A stretch of DNA of 64,000 bases from a virus, in the IMG/VR virus record IMGVR_UViG_3300009182_000042, positions 1-64,000 of that record; one strand, given 5' to 3'. Shown piece by piece: positions 38,661 to 48,000 of the stretch; within the stretch, counting starts at the first letter, position 1, and every line of letters starts with the position of its first letter. The notes below the pieces were generated by a model. It did no database searches. It was not told where the DNA came from and saw only the letters and a program-made list of their open reading frames with translations. Position numbers and translations under genes: made by a program.

Positions 38661-39827
38661 ATGAAACTGGCCATAATAGGCGATGGCAAAGCCAGTGCCA
38701 TAGCAATACTAACAGTTCTAGATCTAGTAAAAAATAAAAATTACACAGATCTAGAACTTTTTATTTTGCACGATACTATACGTGCCAACGACCAGTTGGC
38801 AACCGCTGCCAATCCTGTGTTAAATCGATTGCTCAAAAATGTGATTAACTTTAATGATCACGCGGACATTAAAAAAATACAAGGCAGCATGAGACTAGGA
38901 ATCAGCCACACGTGGCACGATGACTCGTTGGCCAAATGCTGGATACAATCTCCAAGTCCGGGTCTACATTTTAATGGTAATATTTTCTTTGATTTTGTAG
39001 TAGAGTCAGTATGTAATCTTTATGCGAATGTCACTTATCAAACTGGGAAAATGCGAAAATTAAATCAGTCTGATCAGTATGCCACGGTGTCACTGGACGA
39101 AACTGAATTGCTATTTGATTATGTAATAGACACAACCGGATTAGATCAGACCAATTATACAGTACCGGACTTTGCTCCAGTAGACAAAATAATAACAGCC
39201 GAAACTAAAAATTCCTATAATGAATCGCATACATCGATTACATTCCATGACAATGGCTACAGTTTAGGAATACCACTAGTAGGCAAGAAAGTTGTATATT
39301 ATTTTTATAACAGTAAAATTATCAATGTAGATCAAGCAGTGGACAATTTTAATCAAATTGCCAGTTTAAATACCGATCCTCAATTGAAAGATTTCAATCC
39401 CAGATATAAAAAATACAGTATAAATGATAGAATCATATATGCAGGACCCGGTTTGTTCTATATGGAGCCAATACAGGCATTGCCCTTTCACTTTTATCAA
39501 GATACAATAAAAATAATATTGTCTAATCTCATGTTAGAAAATTATAACAAATCGTTAGACATAGAAGCTAATCAAGGTTATATTACCAACATGGAATTAA
39601 AACAAGACTTGATTGCACTTACCTATCATAATAAAAATAATTATTCATCAGAATTTTGGAAACAAGCTAGAGATAACAGTAAAAAATACTTGTCGCAGTC
39701 AGAGCATTTTAAAAAATTTGTAGATAATTATAAAAATACAGGTAATTTAGAATATGATTTGCATGACAACAAAGTGGCCGTGAAATATATCACAGGCTTG
39801 GGCATAGATCTAGATAAGATCTACTAA
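38661..39827 (+). CDS. Tryptophan-halogenase-like flavoprotein, divergent
   Basis: KLAIIGDGKAS Rossmann-like start, FDYVIDTTG, GYSLGIPL (in place of WxWxIP), FYMEPIQA and SEFWK, in the family order. Confidence 0.65.
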   Translation: MKLAIIGDGKASAIAILTVLDLVKNKNYTDLELFILHDTIRANDQLATAANPVLNRLLKNVINFNDHADIKKIQGSMRLGISHTWHDDSLAKCWIQSPSPGLHFNGNIFFDFVVESVCNLYANVTYQTGKMRKLNQSDQYATVSLDETELLFDYVIDTTGLDQTNYTVPDFAPVDKIITAETKNSYNESHTSITFHDNGYSLGIPLVGKKVVYYFYNSKIINVDQAVDNFNQIASLNTDPQLKDFNPRYKKYSINDRIIYAGPGLFYMEPIQALPFHFYQDTIKIILSNLMLENYNKSLDIEANQGYITNMELKQDLIALTYHNKNNYSSEFWKQARDNSKKYLSQSEHFKKFVDNYKNTGNLEYDLHDNKVAVKYITGLGIDLDKIY

Positions 39828-40259
39828 ATCAAATACAGTTTGCAATTTGGTACGTATAGTTTTACTGCTAAAACTGTTTCGTAACCCTTGATGTAGGGGT
39901 TTAGGTGCGCGGTCGATCACGGTCCACGCCCATCCCAGGTGTTCATCGCTCAATATGGGAACAAATTCCGTTTCAACCACGCACAGATATGTGTGAAAAT
40001 TAAACACACGGTCGTTGGATACAAATGTTTCTAACGGAATAGTTTTAAGTAGTGATGGTATACTGCCAATTTCTTCTGTAATTTCACGTTGAAGTCCTTG
40101 CCATGGAGTTTCGCCATGCACATTGGTACCACCCACTAAACCCCACGTGCCTTCATGTTTGCCTGATTTCTTTTGCAATAGCAAAAATCTCTTGGTGGCC
40201 TTGGCATAGAACAGCGCACCACTACAAACTATTTGGTCTTTTATAATACGATTTTCCAT
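39810..40259 (-). CDS. NUDIX hydrolase
   Basis: Nudix box G-TNVHG-E-TPWQGLQ-REITEEIG. Confidence 0.88.
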   Translation of the reverse strand: MENRIIKDQIVCSGALFYAKATKRFLLLQKKSGKHEGTWGLVGGTNVHGETPWQGLQREITEEIGSIPSLLKTIPLETFVSNDRVFNFHTYLCVVETEFVPILSDEHLGWAWTVIDRAPKPLHQGLRNSFSSKTIRTKLQTVFDLVDLI

Positions 40260-41707
40260 TGGTCAGATCTATATTCACCTTCAAAGCTCTTGACCCATGA
40301 AACACCGTTCCATAAGTATTGAACTCCAGTGTATATATTCGTTTGCCAGACCATGGTGTTGGTTTCTTGAGCACTGTGAAATATCACTTGCCATGCGCTT
40401 CCGGTATATTCTATAATATCGTTGGCTTTTGCCACTAAACTGCCCCATGTGATTGCAGGATCAGTGTTATCTGTACTGCCTATATCTTCTATTACGAGAT
40501 AACGAGTGCCAGCGGCCACTGTACCAAGGTTATATGTTAGTGGGTTAATGATGGCATCAAATGTACCAGGGCTGGCAGGCCTATTGGATGATGCGGCATT
40601 GTAATGTGACACGTCGTAACTCAGATAACCACTGCTGTCAATGCCAGTGTTTGATGTGAGACTATCGGGATTATAATTAACAGTGAGTTTGGTTGAATCC
40701 AACGAATTGATAGCAACAGTGCCTATAACGTAGGTGCCATTGGGTTGTTGCAAATACAATGTACTACTGCCGGCAGCATATTGTCCTGGATATTGACTAA
40801 ACAACACGTTCCAGTCTATGGCATTTCCGGTAGGTGTGGGTATGCCTAAAGTGGGCTCCATGGGGTTGAAGCCATCTGTTTGATTTAGCAAAACAGCTTG
40901 ACCATTGTATACCTGTATGGTATAACCTGTAATAGTTGTGGTCTCTGTGGCCAACAGCGGATTAAAAGCAGTGGTGCCACCGTCGCTTTGTACAGCAGGA
41001 TCAATACCCAACCCATTTTCATATCCAGTTGGATATGTGTTGGATCCGTTGTACACACTGGCAATGATTTTTGTAATAACTCCAAGATGTTTGACTTTGA
41101 CTGGGGGACTGATCCATATGGGGCTATCAAGTGTTAGGCTAGCAACTTCAATAGGAGTGTCGTTGCCCACTGGAACTTGTCTACTGCTCCAATTTATCGC
41201 CCCCAAATTCAATACACTTATACTGGTCCAATCAATGTAGTTGTCTGTGGTTTGCAATTCCAAACTGGGATTGAACAACACTAAAATTTGCTCTAGGATC
41301 TGTAATTTTTGTTCTGTGCTACTGCTCCAGATGTCGCATTTCATGGTCAATTTGTATGGCGTTGGCATCAGTCGTTCCACAGTATAGTTACGACCTTGCC
41401 CTGTGGTATATTGCCCACTGTTATTAACGTCACGCTCTCTAAAATTCAATTTGCTAACAAATGATTGATCTGCCAAACGATCTCTATCAAGATCCAAACC
41501 GCTGATATAGATGCTTATTCTTGGCACACTATTGACCACGTTTTCGCTGTTTTGTCTAATGATGCTGGCAACTGCTCGATCCGGATCACCGTACATGACA
41601 GGCACTTGATGCAAACTGCCGTCGCCGTATTTCACAACAAAATTACTAAACGCACGAATAGTTTGTGTAAGATAACGTCTTACCTGACCATCATAAAAAA
41701 ACTGCAT
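40241..41707 (-). CDS. gp15: Tail terminator/sheath stabiliser (T4 gp15-like) with C-terminal extension
   Basis: MQFFYDGQVRRY...VPVMYG...MPTPY...QILEQILVLFNP resembles gp15. Confidence 0.78.
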   Translation of the reverse strand: MQFFYDGQVRRYLTQTIRAFSNFVVKYGDGSLHQVPVMYGDPDRAVASIIRQNSENVVNSVPRISIYISGLDLDRDRLADQSFVSKLNFRERDVNNSGQYTTGQGRNYTVERLMPTPYKLTMKCDIWSSSTEQKLQILEQILVLFNPSLELQTTDNYIDWTSISVLNLGAINWSSRQVPVGNDTPIEVASLTLDSPIWISPPVKVKHLGVITKIIASVYNGSNTYPTGYENGLGIDPAVQSDGGTTAFNPLLATETTTITGYTIQVYNGQAVLLNQTDGFNPMEPTLGIPTPTGNAIDWNVLFSQYPGQYAAGSSTLYLQQPNGTYVIGTVAINSLDSTKLTVNYNPDSLTSNTGIDSSGYLSYDVSHYNAASSNRPASPGTFDAIINPLTYNLGTVAAGTRYLVIEDIGSTDNTDPAITWGSLVAKANDIIEYTGSAWQVIFHSAQETNTMVWQTNIYTGVQYLWNGVSWVKSFEGEYRSDQWKIVL

Positions 41708-43158
41708 TATAGATCCGCCCTGGGTTTGAGTGCTTTGCTAAGACTGTTTCGTTGAGCATCTCGTGTGTTATATAGTGAAACAGTGTATTGACCGCTGTAT
41801 AGAATGGTTTGCTGTTGAGCACTTATGATAGGTAATGTGATTCTCAAACAAGCAGTCACAGTTCCAGTAATACTGGTGTAATTGTATGTGGAATACAAGG
41901 CTGGATAATCAGCCAAAGCATATTCTAGGGTAGTTACACCTATCTTGATCACAACATACGGAGCAGTACTGCCTAAGGAATACAATATTCTTGTGGAAAT
42001 AGTTGCCGCACCCGCTGTTAACGATATCACATCGCTGGCCAGCTGATTGTTGTATGTGTAATTGTTGTTGTTGATAAAACTGGTCTTGAGTGTGTTTCGT
42101 GTATCAGTATTGGTCATGTCCATGCGCACACTGTCCTCAACTTTGACCCATGTTTGTCCCGTGCCGTCAAAACGGAATAATCTGTTGGGTAAAAAATCCG
42201 TTCTCAAAAAGAAATCATTCGCCGCAGGCGCATTTGGAAATTGTACTCCAAATCCAAATGCATAGCCATTTTGCGGATATCCATCGCCCACCAAGTAACC
42301 GGTATATCCAGTACGTACAGGCACATCGCTCACGCTACTTGCTAGATAGCTGGTGTTGCTACCATCCAGTGTTGTTTCATCCACTGATGTCAATAGCGGT
42401 TTACCGTTGGCTGGGTCAACTGCCAGCGTGTAGAACTGTCTAGTTTCGTAACCGCTCTTTGGAGCGTCTGCTTGTGCCTGGGCCACCACTTGATTGTTGA
42501 TTTGTATTTCTTTGTTGTAAGTGCTTAACAAATCACGCAATGTGGTGTTGGCTACTGGATCGCCGTTGGCATCTTTTGCCTGTTCATTGAATATGCTGGC
42601 AAATTTCTGGTTGTCTGTGATACGCTTGATTCGTAATCTAAATAGATGCGGGAACCATGTGACACTAAAACCCTCGCTGGCACGACCCACATCTTCTATC
42701 ACATAGTATCTTGGTAAACTGAAATCAAAATCATTAAGCGCAAAATCATCTCGCAGATGCGGTAGTTCTATTACATCTCCGCTGATAGGTTTACGACCAA
42801 CATATTTTACAAAATCATTTATATGCACAGTCATGTATAGAGTATCGTTGTCTATAAACAGGCCAAACTGACTTAGATTAAAGTCGATATTTTGTACATT
42901 ATAAATGCCACGGATTCTATAGATTTGTGTGTCGTATGTGCTGTCACGATTTTCTAAAAAAAGCAAGTCTTGAATATTACCCACACTGGTATTAGCATAT
43001 ACTGGACGATCTGCTATGTTAGCTTCTGTATTATTTGCACCTAAATATTTGTGAATATATACGTCTGTTCCGCCAGCCTGAAACATCTCGCTGGCTTGAC
43101 GATCTATAAACTTATAGTCGTTACTTTTCTCTGGTCTATATAGGGATAATCTTGGCAT
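41707..43158 (-). CDS. gp14: Neck/head-closure protein (T4 gp14-like) with extension
   Basis: GTDVYIHKY, LSQFGLFI.ND, GDVIELPHL; lies next to gp13- and gp15-like genes. Confidence 0.68.
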   Translation of the reverse strand: MPRLSLYRPEKSNDYKFIDRQASEMFQAGGTDVYIHKYLGANNTEANIADRPVYANTSVGNIQDLLFLENRDSTYDTQIYRIRGIYNVQNIDFNLSQFGLFIDNDTLYMTVHINDFVKYVGRKPISGDVIELPHLRDDFALNDFDFSLPRYYVIEDVGRASEGFSVTWFPHLFRLRIKRITDNQKFASIFNEQAKDANGDPVANTTLRDLLSTYNKEIQINNQVVAQAQADAPKSGYETRQFYTLAVDPANGKPLLTSVDETTLDGSNTSYLASSVSDVPVRTGYTGYLVGDGYPQNGYAFGFGVQFPNAPAANDFFLRTDFLPNRLFRFDGTGQTWVKVEDSVRMDMTNTDTRNTLKTSFINNNNYTYNNQLASDVISLTAGAATISTRILYSLGSTAPYVVIKIGVTTLEYALADYPALYSTYNYTSITGTVTACLRITLPIISAQQQTILYSGQYTVSLYNTRDAQRNSLSKALKPRADL

Positions 43159-43162
43159 ATGA

Positions 43163-43182
43163 TATTTATCGCCAGCTAAATA
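43163..43182. promoter_or_regulatory. Back-to-back divergent late promoters
   Basis: TATTTA (minus-strand TAAATA) at 43163-43168 and plus-strand TAAATA at 43177-43182. Confidence 0.65.
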
Positions 43183-43200
43183 TACTAGGAGAACAAAAAC

Positions 43201-43986
43201 ATGGATGATTTAGCACCGTCAGTAGCGTCAAATTCGACAGCAGAACGCAACAAAGTATTTGATTATATCAGAACTATGTTGGGCGATGGCATGATTGAAG
43301 TTGAGCTAGATCCTATACATTACGAAACAGCACTAGATCGTGCGTTAAATCGCTTTAGACAACGCAGTCCAAATGCTGTGGAAGAAAGCTATTTGTTCTT
43401 GGAATTAATACAGGATCAAAATGAATACAGATTACCCGATGAAGTTATTACAGTGCGTCAAGTATTCCGTCGCGCTATTGGGTCTCGTAGCGGTATTGGT
43501 GCTGGCGGCAGTTTGTTCGAACCCTTCAACTTGGCATATACAAATACATATTTGATGTCAGGTAGTATGATGGGCGGACTTGCAACTTATGATGCATTTG
43601 CAGGCTATCAAAAATTAGTAGGACGTATGTTTGGTAGTTACATAGAATTTCTATGGAAGCCCACCAGCCATTTACTAGATATTTTACAACGACCATTTGC
43701 ACAGGGCGAACAAATCTTAATACAGAGTTATAATTTTCGTCCTGACTGGGTGTTACTGCAAGATGTTTACGCTAAACAATGGCTCAAAGATTATGCACTT
43801 GCCACAGCTAAAGAAATGTTGGGAGAAGCTCGCAGTAAATTCGGCAGTATCGCCGGCCCTGGCAGTGCTATCACATTGAACGGCACTGCACTAAAGAGTG
43901 AATCCAAAGACGCATTGGAAAAACTAGATAAAGAATTAGAGAATCTCGTGTCCGGCGGCACCGGATATTACATGGTAATTGGCTAA
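43201..43986 (+). CDS. gp13: Neck protein (T4 gp13-like head-tail adaptor)
   Basis: YIRTMLG..MIEVEL, WLKDYALA..K.MLG.ARSKF, ITLNG..L..E. Confidence 0.85.
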   Translation: MDDLAPSVASNSTAERNKVFDYIRTMLGDGMIEVELDPIHYETALDRALNRFRQRSPNAVEESYLFLELIQDQNEYRLPDEVITVRQVFRRAIGSRSGIGAGGSLFEPFNLAYTNTYLMSGSMMGGLATYDAFAGYQKLVGRMFGSYIEFLWKPTSHLLDILQRPFAQGEQILIQSYNFRPDWVLLQDVYAKQWLKDYALATAKEMLGEARSKFGSIAGPGSAITLNGTALKSESKDALEKLDKELENLVSGGTGYYMVIG

Positions 43987-43993
43987 AAATAAT

Positions 43994-44022
43994 TTGACCT
44001 TGTAACAAAACTGTTATATACT
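43994..44022 (+). promoter_or_regulatory. Sigma70-type early promoter
   Basis: TTGACC-N17-TATACT upstream of the dNMP kinase gene. Confidence 0.75.
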
Positions 44023-44045
44023 AGCACTACATTAAGAGGTGCTAT

Positions 44046-44732
44046 ATGATCATAGGTGTGTGCGGTTTTATTGGTTCTGGCAAAGACACTGTTGCCGATT
44101 ATCTCACTAACTTTCACGGATTTAGACGAGAATCGTTTGCCAACAGTCTTAAAGATGCAGTGAGTGCGGTATTTGGTTGGGATCGTACCATGCTGGAAGG
44201 TCGTACAAAACAGGCTCGTGAATGGCGTGAACAGGTAGATCCTTGGTGGGCGGAACGACTGGGCATGCCACATTTAACCCCCCGCTGGATCTTGCAATAC
44301 TGGGGCACAGAAGTTTGCCGTCAGGGATTCCACGATGACATGTGGATTGCGGCACTGGAAAACAAACTGCGTACAAGTACAGATAATATTGTTATTTCTG
44401 ATTGTCGTTTCCCAAATGAAATTAAATCAATCAAAAGTGCAGGCGGCCAGATTGTGTGTGTGGAACGTGGCATGCGGCCGCACTGGTATGATATTGCTTT
44501 GCAGGCAAATCGAGGCAGCGCCAATGCCCGGGATTGGTTAAAAACTGAAATGATCCATGCAAGTGAAACCAGTTGGGTTGGTACTAATTTTGATGCGGTT
44601 CTGGATAATAACGGCACTATCGAAGACTTGTTTTCGCAAGTCAAAGATCTGGTACAAGATCCCCTTGTCGCCATTGGTGCCCTTCTCGATGAAGAACCCG
44701 TTGACAGTTGGCGCACACTGTCTTTAAGTTAG
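44046..44732 (+). CDS. Deoxynucleoside monophosphate kinase (T4 gp1-like)
   Basis: GFIGSGKDT P-loop, FANSLK, PRWILQYWGTE, ISDCRFPNE and HASE motifs. Confidence 0.92.
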   Translation: MIIGVCGFIGSGKDTVADYLTNFHGFRRESFANSLKDAVSAVFGWDRTMLEGRTKQAREWREQVDPWWAERLGMPHLTPRWILQYWGTEVCRQGFHDDMWIAALENKLRTSTDNIVISDCRFPNEIKSIKSAGGQIVCVERGMRPHWYDIALQANRGSANARDWLKTEMIHASETSWVGTNFDAVLDNNGTIEDLFSQVKDLVQDPLVAIGALLDEEPVDSWRTLSLS

Positions 44733-44967
44733 TGTGTTTGCAATTATTTAAATCACCGTCCACATGAAATACTGCAAAGATATCTAGGTACGGTGATTTA
44801 TATCCACATTTGTCGCAGGAATTTTTGATTCGATAGCCGGCTTTTAACCACCTGGGAACTTTGACTCCGCGTAAACAATGCCCACACTGAGTTCTATAGT
44901 AGGGTTTTTTGTTTTTATAATAGTTAATGGCTACTGGATGTAGTCCGCACAAGCACAAAGGTCGCAT
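44641..44967 (-). CDS. HNH-like Zn-finger protein
   Basis: CxC and CxxC pairs plus FHVDGDLNN...NLKTVCANCQR; own TAAATA at 44973-44978 on the minus strand. Confidence 0.75.
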   Translation of the reverse strand: MRPLCLCGLHPVAINYYKNKKPYYRTQCGHCLRGVKVPRWLKAGYRIKNSCDKCGYKSPYLDIFAVFHVDGDLNNCKHTNLKTVCANCQRVLHREGHQWRQGDLVPDL

Positions 44968-45034
44968 ACGATTATTTAAGCCTTTTTGCCACCTTTTCTC
45001 GAGGCTATTACAGCTACAAATTAATCAAAAGCCA

Positions 45035-45040
45035 TAAATA
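45035..45040 (+). promoter_or_regulatory. Putative late promoter (TAAATA) for sheath and tube
   Basis: Intergenic, upstream of the GGAG SD of the sheath gene. Confidence 0.62.
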
Positions 45041-45072
45041 CATGAACAACATGTCATCATGGAGATCATACA

Positions 45073-48000
45073 ATGGCCATACTTCAGTCACCAGGCGTTA
45101 GCGTAACAGTAGTAGACGAAAGTTTCTACACACCAGCCGCGCCAGGCACCGTACCTTTAATCGTAATTGCTACAGAATCAAATAAACAAAATGCTGCCGG
45201 CACAGGTATTGCACCGGGCACATTGGCAGCCAATGCAGGAACAGTTTATTTGCTAACAAGTCAAATGGATCTGGGAGCCACTTTTGGTATTCCTATGTTC
45301 CAGACTGATGCAGAAAATAACCCTGTACATGCAAGTGAAGTTAATGAATACGGATTACAAGCCGCTTACAGTTTTCTAGGAGTCAGTAATCAAGCATATG
45401 TAGTACGTGCTAATGTTGATCTAGGACAACTAACAGGCAGTGGCACAATTCCAGCAGGCAGTCCAGTAGACGGAACATATTGGTGGGATACTGCAACAAC
45501 CAGCTTTGGCGTATTTCAGTACTCCGCTGGCGGCGATCCATCGAACACAGCATTCTATGTAAAAACAGTCAACACAATTACCAATGTGGCTTACACAACA
45601 GGATCGGGCACTTATTCTCCGCTGGGCAGTTATGGCCAAGCAGGCGATTATGCTGTAGTGGCCCTGGGTTCCACATTGCCTACCAATACCTTGTGGTTTA
45701 AAAAATACAATACACTGAGCGATGGTACTGCTGGTAGCACTGCCGGCAACAACGTTTCATGGGTAGCAGTAGGTTCAACAGCATGGACATCTGGCTGGCC
45801 AACAGCAATTGGTACAGTGGCAGGTGTAAGTTTTATCACAAGCGATACCTTGGTTATTAACGGGTACACAGTAACAGGCGCAACCACTTACGGTGGCCTA
45901 GTAACTGCAATTGGCTCAAACGTAACTGGCGTCACAGCCAGTATACAAAACGGTTTGTTGAATTTGTATTCAACTGGTGTTGATATCGTTATCAGTGGTA
46001 CGCTAACCAGTGGTGCAAAAACAATCATAGCTCCTGGCACATACAAAGCTCCGGCGCTATCAATCAGCCCACACTACACTGTCCCACAATACAGTACCTA
46101 TTTGAATTCCAGCACAGTGGCAGGTTATCCAACAGGCAGTTTGTGGATCAAGACAACCACTGTAAATCAAGGTGCCAACTGGGACATTGAAAAATACAAT
46201 GCTACCACAAGTACATGGATTCGTCAAACAGTTAGTCAGTTGTATGCAAACAATCAATCAGCAATGGCTGCGTTGGACGTAAGCGGCGGCGGAATCAACA
46301 TTCCGGTAGGACAAGTTTATATCAAGTTTAATGATACAGAAGCAAGTCCCACACAGGCTAATTTTAAGATCTATCAACGTCAAGTAACTGGGGCCACAGT
46401 AACTACATCAGCCATCATTACTTCAGGAACATTGACCAGTGGCTCAAATACATTCCAGATCACCAGCAGTCAAACCGGTAGCAGTTCATTACCATCACTG
46501 GTAACTGTGACATTCACAGCGGCTGGTACCACAGCAGATGCTAACACATTGGCTTCAGCTATCAATGCTCAAACTGTGGGATTGGTCAATATCAAAGCAT
46601 CAGTGACCAGCAGTAACCAAGTGACGTTGCAACACATCTACGGCGGCGATATCAGATTGGTAGACGGTACTAATACTCCAATCACTAAACTATTCAACAT
46701 AACAACAAGTGCAAACTTTGATCCAGATCCAACAAGCAATGGCAGCGATGGTAAATTCATTGTCACAGCATGGAATTGGGTGAATGGCAGCAATGTAAGT
46801 TTGGTCACTCCAAGTGCCACTGCACCAACTACCAATCCAACCAATGGTACATTATGGTACAACACCAATATTGATGTTGATATCATGGTAAATGATGGCA
46901 CACGTTGGAGAGGTTATTTGACCTCTGAAGGCAAGGCCGTGGTAAATCCCGGTGTTGGTTTTGCCAGCGGTACCACAAGTACAGATCCAAATGGTCCTAT
47001 CATATCTGCTACAGAACCCACTGTTCGTAGCGATGGCCTGGGATTAAATCACGGTGATATTTGGGTCAGCACAGCAGATTTAAGCAAGTTTCCAACAATT
47101 TACAAATACAATTTTTTAACTAAAAAATGGAGACTGATTGATGTAACGGATCAAACTGGCAGTTTGGGTATGTTGTTTGCAGATGCACGTTGGAGTGACA
47201 ACAGTGCGAATTCAGGAGTCAGTACAGGCGCAGGCACACCAGGCACCATTGTCAGCTTGTCCGCCAGCAATTATGTAGACTTTGACGCACCAGATCCAAC
47301 TGTGTATCCAAAAGGCATACTGTTGTATAACCTACGTCGTAGCGGTTTTAATGTCAAGAAATATGTAACAGGATATGTAAATACCAATGCATACAATACC
47401 AGAGTAACAGGTAGTCCGTTGATGACTAACTACAATCCGGATCGTTGGGTCACTAACTCTCCTAACAGTTACAAAGGTGTTGGACAGTTTGGTGCAAATG
47501 CTCAACGTGCAGTTGTTGTTCAAGCATTAAATGCATTGATTCAAAGTAACGATCAAATTCGCGACGAAGACAGCAGAGTATTCAACTTGCTAAGTTGCCC
47601 AGGGTATTTAGAAACTACTCCAGCACTGGTTGGATTGAACACAGATCGTGGACTGTTATCGTTTATCGTAGCAGATGCTCCAGCACATTTGACTCCAGAT
47701 GCAACATCATTGAGTAACTGGGGCAACAACGTAAACAAAGCAACTGTGGATGGTCCAGACGGGCTTATTGAAAATCATGCATACTCAGCAGTTTACTATC
47801 CATGGGGCTACACAACTGACCTAATGGGCAACAACATTGTTGTTCCCCCAAGCCATATCATGTTACGCACAATCGCACTCAGCGACAATGTGAGTTACCC
47901 ATGGTTTGCACCAGCTGGTGTACGTCGTGGCGGAGTTACAAATGCCAGTAGTGTTGGCTATGTCAACGCCGCAACAGGTGAATTTGAAACTGTGGCATTG

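Noticed and set aside
38661-39827. Confident call as an active tryptophan halogenase
   Set aside because: The GxGxxG and WxWxIP motifs are not intact, so only fold-level similarity is supported.
44641-44967. Mobile homing endonuclease or intron
   Set aside because: No interrupted host gene or intron structure; the HNH motif looks degenerate.
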